Part shown: positions 62,332 through 64,000 of the stretch, one piece after another | How positions within the stretch are numbered: position 1 is the stretch's first letter | Layout: each line of letters starts with the position of its first letter | Source: Candidatus Magasanikiibacteriota bacterium | GTDB taxonomy: Bacteria; Patescibacteriota; Patescibacteriia; Magasanikbacterales; GWA2-37-8 | DNA: 64,000 nucleotides | Reading direction: 5' to 3' | NCBI GenBank assembly: GCA_041665405.1 | Contig: JBAYIZ010000001.1 | Coordinates: 90,618-154,617 of the forward strand | Translations under genes and position numbers: made by a program | The notes under the pieces: model-generated | Database searches by the model: none | What the model saw: the letters and a program-made list of their open reading frames with translations, nothing else | What the model was told of the DNA's origin: nothing

Positions 62332-64000
62332 AAATTTTTACAGGACAATCGTCGCCATTTTCTTTGGGCTATTCGTGTCCGTGTTTTGTTATTTCAATTT
62401 TTTTGCCAAGTCAGCACCTATTTTAGCCAATTACTATTTACGTTGGGATATACCTTCCAGTGAATTGGAAAATTTGGCCAAATGGGATCTGATAATTATC
62501 GACATGGAAAACCAGGTTTCCAATCCGGATAAAATAAGAAGAATTAGACAGCTGAATCCGAATATAAAAATTTTGGCTTATGTCACTTCTCAAGAAATAA
62601 AGAGTGGTACCATGGGAACGATGCGCACCAAATTAAAAAATGGTATTAGTGATAGTTGGTATTTGCGTCGCAGTAATGGTGATAAAATGTCATATTGGCC
62701 AGGCACGACCATGTTGAATCCTACCAATCTCTGTCCGCTTAGCGGTGGTCAGAGATGGAATGATTATCTAGCCAGTTTTATGACCAACGAAGTTTTGTCC
62801 ACCGGTCTGTGGGACGGAATTTTTTATGATAATGCTTGGGGTGATCTCACTTGGTTTTCTGGCAGTGATGTGGATTTGAATTTTGATGGACAACCAGATA
62901 GTGATATCAATAAAAATTGGAATACTGGCATGACGAGAATTTTTAATCTCACTCGCGATTTGTCCGGTGCCAAATATGTGATCGTAGGCAATGCTATGAC
63001 TCGTGAATATGCCAACGATCTCAATGGTATGATGTATGAAAATTTTCAGAATCATGTTTGGCGTGATGTGATGTATGCCATTCGCACGGAGATGAACGGC
63101 AATTTGAAACCCCGCATTATCATTATTAATGGTAATACCAACAACACCGGCAACAAACAAGATTACCAAACTATGCGCTATGGATTGGGGAGTGCGTTGG
63201 TTGGTGGTGCCTATTATTCTTTTGATTATGGTGACCAAAATCACGAACAAACTTGGTGGTATGATGAATATGATGTGGAGTTGGGTAATCCAACAGGTGA
63301 AGCGCGTACTAACAGCGGTGGCACTCAAGTTAAAGAAGATGTCTGGCGCCGAGATTTTGAAAATGGAATTGCACTGGTAAATTCTACTGGTAATACTCAA
63401 ACGGTGAATTTGGGAGAAGATTATGAAAAAATAATTGGCAAACAGGATCCGTCCACCAATGATGGTTCGATAGTCGATAAGGTATCGCTCAATGCACGTG
63501 ATGGTTTGGTGTTGAGAAAAGTAACTCAAAATTTATTTGATGTTCCTTTCAAAAATGGTAACTTAGTAACATTTTATAATATTAGAGGACAGAGAGCACG
63601 AAACGGTTTCTTTGCATTCGTTTCGGATGTCGCTGGTGGCGCGCGCGTGTTTGTAGGAGATTTGAACGGTGACGGTAATAATGAAAAAATAGTTGGAAAT
63701 AGTGGCCGAGTACAAATTTTTAATTCTACCAATCAAAATTGGTTTGATAGTTATCCATTTGGCGGAAGTAATACTAGAGAAATACGTTTTAGTGTTGGTG
63801 AAAGTGCCAACGGTGAAATAAAAATTTTGGTTACACCGACAGTCGGCAATCGTGGTGAATTGTACAATTATCACGGTGGCATGATTAAAGAAGATTTTTA
63901 TCCGTTTGGTACAAAATATAATGCTGGTTTTTATGGGGCATTGGGAAATTTTAGTGGTGGTTTTGATTTGGAAGCGGTGATTGGCTCTGGCGGTGGTAGA
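62324..64000 (+). CDS. Secreted putative glycoside hydrolase (GHL15-like) with FG-GAP-like repeats, 3' truncated (absent from the ORF track)
   Basis: ATG 62324 overlaps previous stop; MNKNFYRTIV..ANYYLRW..LAKWDL; WDGIFYDN, WWYDEY, VWRRDFENGIALVN, GDLNGDG. Confidence 0.8.
   Translation, partial: MNKNFYRTIVAIFFGLFVSVFCYFNFFAKSAPILANYYLRWDIPSSELENLAKWDLIIIDMENQVSNPDKIRRIRQLNPNIKILAYVTSQEIKSGTMGTMRTKLKNGISDSWYLRRSNGDKMSYWPGTTMLNPTNLCPLSGGQRWNDYLASFMTNEVLSTGLWDGIFYDNAWGDLTWFSGSDVDLNFDGQPDSDINKNWNTGMTRIFNLTRDLSGAKYVIVGNAMTREYANDLNGMMYENFQNHVWRDVMYAIRTEMNGNLKPRIIIINGNTNNTGNKQDYQTMRYGLGSALVGGAYYSFDYGDQNHEQTWWYDEYDVELGNPTGEARTNSGGTQVKEDVWRRDFENGIALVNSTGNTQTVNLGEDYEKIIGKQDPSTNDGSIVDKVSLNARDGLVLRKVTQNLFDVPFKNGNLVTFYNIRGQRARNGFFAFVSDVAGGARVFVGDLNGDGNNEKIVGNSGRVQIFNSTNQNWFDSYPFGGSNTREIRFSVGESANGEIKILVTPTVGNRGELYNYHGGMIKEDFYPFGTKYNAGFYGALGNFSGGFDLEAVIGSGGGR

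Noticed and set aside
62768-63529. 253-aa minus-strand ORF
   Set aside because: Antisense to the long plus-strand hydrolase-like gene that runs off the window end.

Overview
A mostly AT-rich chromosomal segment of a small-genome bacterium. The gene set (SecD with inserted parvulin domains, VirD4/TraD-like ATPase plus a paralogous accessory protein, type IV pilus genes, mostly SD-less AT-rich starts) suggests Patescibacteria/CPR, probably Magasanikbacteria-like; that assignment is inference. Ordinary content: copZ-copA, secA-secD-secF, a cobalamin-riboswitch-controlled uptake operon, folD, dnaX, corA, cysS, pilM/pilin/pilD, ligA, ppsA, a HelD-like helicase, tRNA-Gln, tRNA-Asp, infC-rpmI-rplT, tmRNA-smpB and a glycosylation cluster. 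The main unexplained structure is seven very GC-rich genes at five sites. Each site has an AT-rich sigma70-type promoter, and each gene has an rRNA-type boxA-like motif, hairpin-rich flanks and a Shine-Dalgarno. Products look foreign: Cys-rich repeat lipoproteins and an outer-membrane beta-barrel-like protein that a monoderm CPR cell should not be able to assemble. A separately promoted ~95-nt hairpin RNA displaying an anti-Shine-Dalgarno loop lies downstream of rplT. Also seen: a leader-peptide attenuator before the HelD-like gene, a twice-occurring structured element with compensatory changes, palindromic repeats inserted in frame in housekeeping genes, and integration scars at tRNA-Asp. All family calls are from motif recognition by eye; no searches or folding programs were run.
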